A model generated the notes under the pieces. That model saw only the letters and a program-made list of their open reading frames with translations, was not told the origin of the DNA and did not search any database. From Azolla caroliniana (taxonomy: Eukaryota > Plantae > Polypodiophyta): 64,000 nucleotides of DNA. The stretch spans positions 5,270,001 to 5,334,000 of the forward strand of contig JBHGNT010000022.1 of the NCBI GenBank assembly GCA_043228905.1, given 5' to 3'. How positions within the stretch are numbered: the first letter of the stretch is position 1; the number at the start of each line of letters is the position of its first letter. This document shows positions 61,111 to 64,000 of this stretch, piece by piece. Position numbers and translations under genes: made by a program.

Positions 61111-64000
61111 TATCAAGAATAGTACTAAGACAGAAGAAATTAGTACTAAGAGAGGAATATTATTACTAAGAGGAATAGAGGGTGTAGAACACTTGAGAGA
61201 GAGAGAGAGAGAGATCGAGGGTGAGAAAAATGATGATGACAACGATATATTATGTGAGAGGAATATACAAGGAAGGCTAGGAGGCTTAAGATTGGCGTTG
61301 AACCGACTTGATTTGAAATAATGCCTTGTGCCTCCTTTTATAGTGTTCTTAGGAGTAGTCCTGAAGCTTCTAGAATGTTCTAGAGAAATCTGGAATATAC
61401 ATTAATTTTCTATAGTAAAACTTAAATAAAAATAATATCCTTTGTATTACAATAGCCATTACAATAGGCAGTGTAATGGTCAAGAGCTCGACCCATGTAA
61501 CATAAGGTCATGGGTTTGAGTCTTCCCATATCATGACAGTAACCATGATACGGGTGACTATACATTGAACTTGTAAGTGTTGACTTAATCGTGGAGATTA
61601 GGAAGATGGCTACAACCGACTTCTTATGCCCTAGCACACACCATGTATGTATATGGCTCAGCATAGAGAAAATAAACTCGGCACGAACAATTACGAGAAC
61701 ACAGAGAGTTAGGCAATCAGAACCTATATTTCAGACGTTGAATAGAAAATTATCACTAGCTTTTTACAAGTTTTCCATGCCCTTTATATATAGGTTCATG
61801 GTTGGTTACGCTCGGCTTGTGAACTATTACTTTCATTAACTACGCTTCGACCGTCCCTACGCTACGACTATTGCTCCCTCATTACTATGCTACAACCCCA
61901 CCCGCCTTCTTCGCTTGCTATAACTGTCCCTTTTTCTTTTCTCCTTCTCGATCTTTCTCACTTGGCCGGCCAAGGCGACCAACACGGAGCTCCATGGAAA
62001 CATCGAGCGGCATGTTTGGCTCGGTTGATGGAGAGTAAGGTAGGGAGTGAGGGTTTCTATCTCGGGGGTGAGAGTGCACGAGATCTTCTATGCAAGGAGG
62101 GAGAGAGATTTTGAGCAGGGGCGAGAGTGCAAGAGAGCTTATATGCAGGTGGTGAGAGAGCTTGAGGGCCATGAGCTTTTGTGCCTATGTGAACTCTTGG
62201 CCTGTGGTGCCCTGCTTTTTGTATATGCTTTGTGGCCTTGTGTCCTAGATTAAGAATCTTGCCTGCCATAATTAGGTTTTAAGGCCACACGTCGGAAACA
62301 GTTTGTACTTGCTTTTCTTGCATGGTGTGCATGCTCCTTAAATACTTAACTTAGTGGGCCTTTTTTCTTTTCTTTTCATATACACTTAATGTAAATAATC
62401 TAGTAGGTGGGGTTAGTTACCATGACCAGGGCGATATGCCCTCGTGAGCCTCCATTTTACCTAGCTCGGCCTGATCGTGGTCGTGTCGTTTGTCGGTGAA
62501 TGCGTTAGGTGGGGTATGGCTAAGATATGGCTTTAATTGGAATCCATTAACCCATTTCATCATGATTTCGCCAGTCAGAATGGATTCGAGTAAACTAGCC
62601 GGTACCATTTCGGAGGCATCATTTGCATTAGAGCACTCCTGATAGCGGTGTCGGAGGCGTCGACAAAAACATGAAAGGGTTGCTACCAATCAGGGGGTTG
62701 TACAATCGGTGCGTGAGATAGCATAATCTTGAGAGCCTTATATGCGTCATCTTTTGTTTCTATCCATTAGAAATGTGTTTGATGGATCGCCACATGTAAA
62801 GGCGTCACGAAATCGGCTAAGTATCGAAGCATTCGGTTATGCCATCGGATTTGCCCCAATAATCGGCTTAGAGCCTTTGCGGTAGTCGGAGCCGGAGCGG
62901 CTAAGATAACATTCACTTTGTCAGGGTCCATTGCGATCCCCTCTCGACTCACTATATTCCCCAGTAGGGTGCTGCTATCTGATACGTTAAACCCACATTT
63001 CGCCGGATTCAAGCTTAGTTGAGCCTACCGACAACATTCCAAATAGAGGCGTAGCTGGTCGAGATGTTTGATGTGGTGGTTGTAAACAACAAATTCATCG
63101 AGAAAGAGTTGCATGAAGGCCGGAATATATTCACCGAAAATCTCGGTGATGATACGTTGGAATGTGGCAGGCACCGTATTGAACCCGAACATCATTACTA
63201 CAGCCACGAAAACACCCCACTCGATTACAAATGTTGTCTCCTCTTGGTGCTCGGGTTGCATTTGGATCTGATTACCCATTGAACCCATCGAGAAAGCTGT
63301 AACGCTCGTGGCCAACCACTGCATCCAAAACATCGTCCGTAAAGGGAAGGGGGAAATGCAGTGGTAATTGTTTCTATGTTCAACTTCCGATAATCGATGC
63401 ACACCCGAATTTTGTTGTTTTTCTTTGGGACGACAACGATAAGGCTCAGCCATGTGGCACGTACGGGCGTGGCGTAACTCATTTACCGATTTCGGGTCAG
63501 ATTCCTGACCGATATCCTGATCCCCCTCCATTGGTACGGAGAAATACGGGTTGACGGCTTCCATGATGTCGATCTCAAAGAGCGGTACAATCTTCGGGTG
63601 GTCCTCCAAGAAGCCTTTGACTTCGTCATCTACTAACCCATCCAGCATATGACCACCTTTAGCGTACAGAGGTGTGATATCCTTCGATGTGTGGAGTCAC
63701 TCCTCCGTGGCAACGCGCACCTTGGTCTTCCCTCGGTGGAAAGAGATCATGTTATGCTGCCAGTGTTGTTTGATGTTCGCAATGTGTAACAAGAAGTGGC
63801 CAAGCAGCATTGGGTATGCATCGGGAGTGTCCAACCGTAAAACCATAGCCGAGATTGTGAAGGTGTGGCTGCCAAGGACGAAATTGAGTTTCCGAATTAG
63901 GTCGAGAGGTAGGACAGAACGGGCGTCTGCCATACGCAACCAAAATGGGCAAGGTTCCCATTGTATAAGGTCGAGAGATCTACAGGTTGCCTTGCTAATT

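Larger units (their letters stand above)
55274..61538 (-). mobile_element. chromovirus (Tcn1/Tf2-like Ty3/gypsy), full length, inactivated
   Basis: LTRs 61111-61538 and 55274-55692; TSD ATAAC/GTAAC; PPT 55693-55706; gag KFDGSRSQFRGF; protease LLDSGA; RT KIDLRGAY and IYLDD; RH YEIHDKELLAIV; integrase HPQTDGQAE; chromodomain. Confidence 0.92.
55190..64000 (-). mobile_element. Tat-like gypsy, decayed; 3' LTR split by the chromovirus; runs off the right edge
   Basis: 62400-64000 carries protease/RT/RH/integrase-end fragments similar to the 26931 element. LTR-like pieces at 61539-~61850 (CCTATATATAAAGGGCA) and 55190-55273 resemble the 26931 LTR. Confidence 0.7.

Overview
Eukaryotic land-plant genomic DNA, probably a non-seed plant such as a fern or lycophyte (inferred from the Tcn1-like chromovirus and general TE content). 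About 75% of the window is nested retrotransposons. These include a tRNA-Trp-primed Ty3/gypsy (minus strand, running off the left edge), an intact and very young Ty1/copia with apparently identical 703-bp LTRs and a GATAC TSD (4930-10448), several truncated or decayed copia and Tat-like gypsy copies, a decayed L1-type LINE, a hAT/DUF659 relic, an older full-length copia (36425-41409) and a Tcn1-like chromovirus (55274-61538). The only clear host gene is an intact 9-exon HAK/KUP/KT potassium transporter (46270-51560, about 813 aa). The most interesting sequence-level signals are: (i) a -1 ribosomal frameshift cassette (GGAUUUU, UAG, 6-nt spacer, H-type pseudoknot) between protease and RT of the Trp-primed gypsy; (ii) a Tf1-like self-priming structure in place of a tRNA PBS in the chromovirus; (iii) a UGAUG stop/start overlap coupling LINE ORF1 to ORF2; (iv) CCGG-rich U3 tandem arrays whose unit length differs between related copia LTRs; (v) a ~500-bp-arm inverted repeat downstream of the transporter. 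All alignments and counts were done by eye and need computational confirmation.
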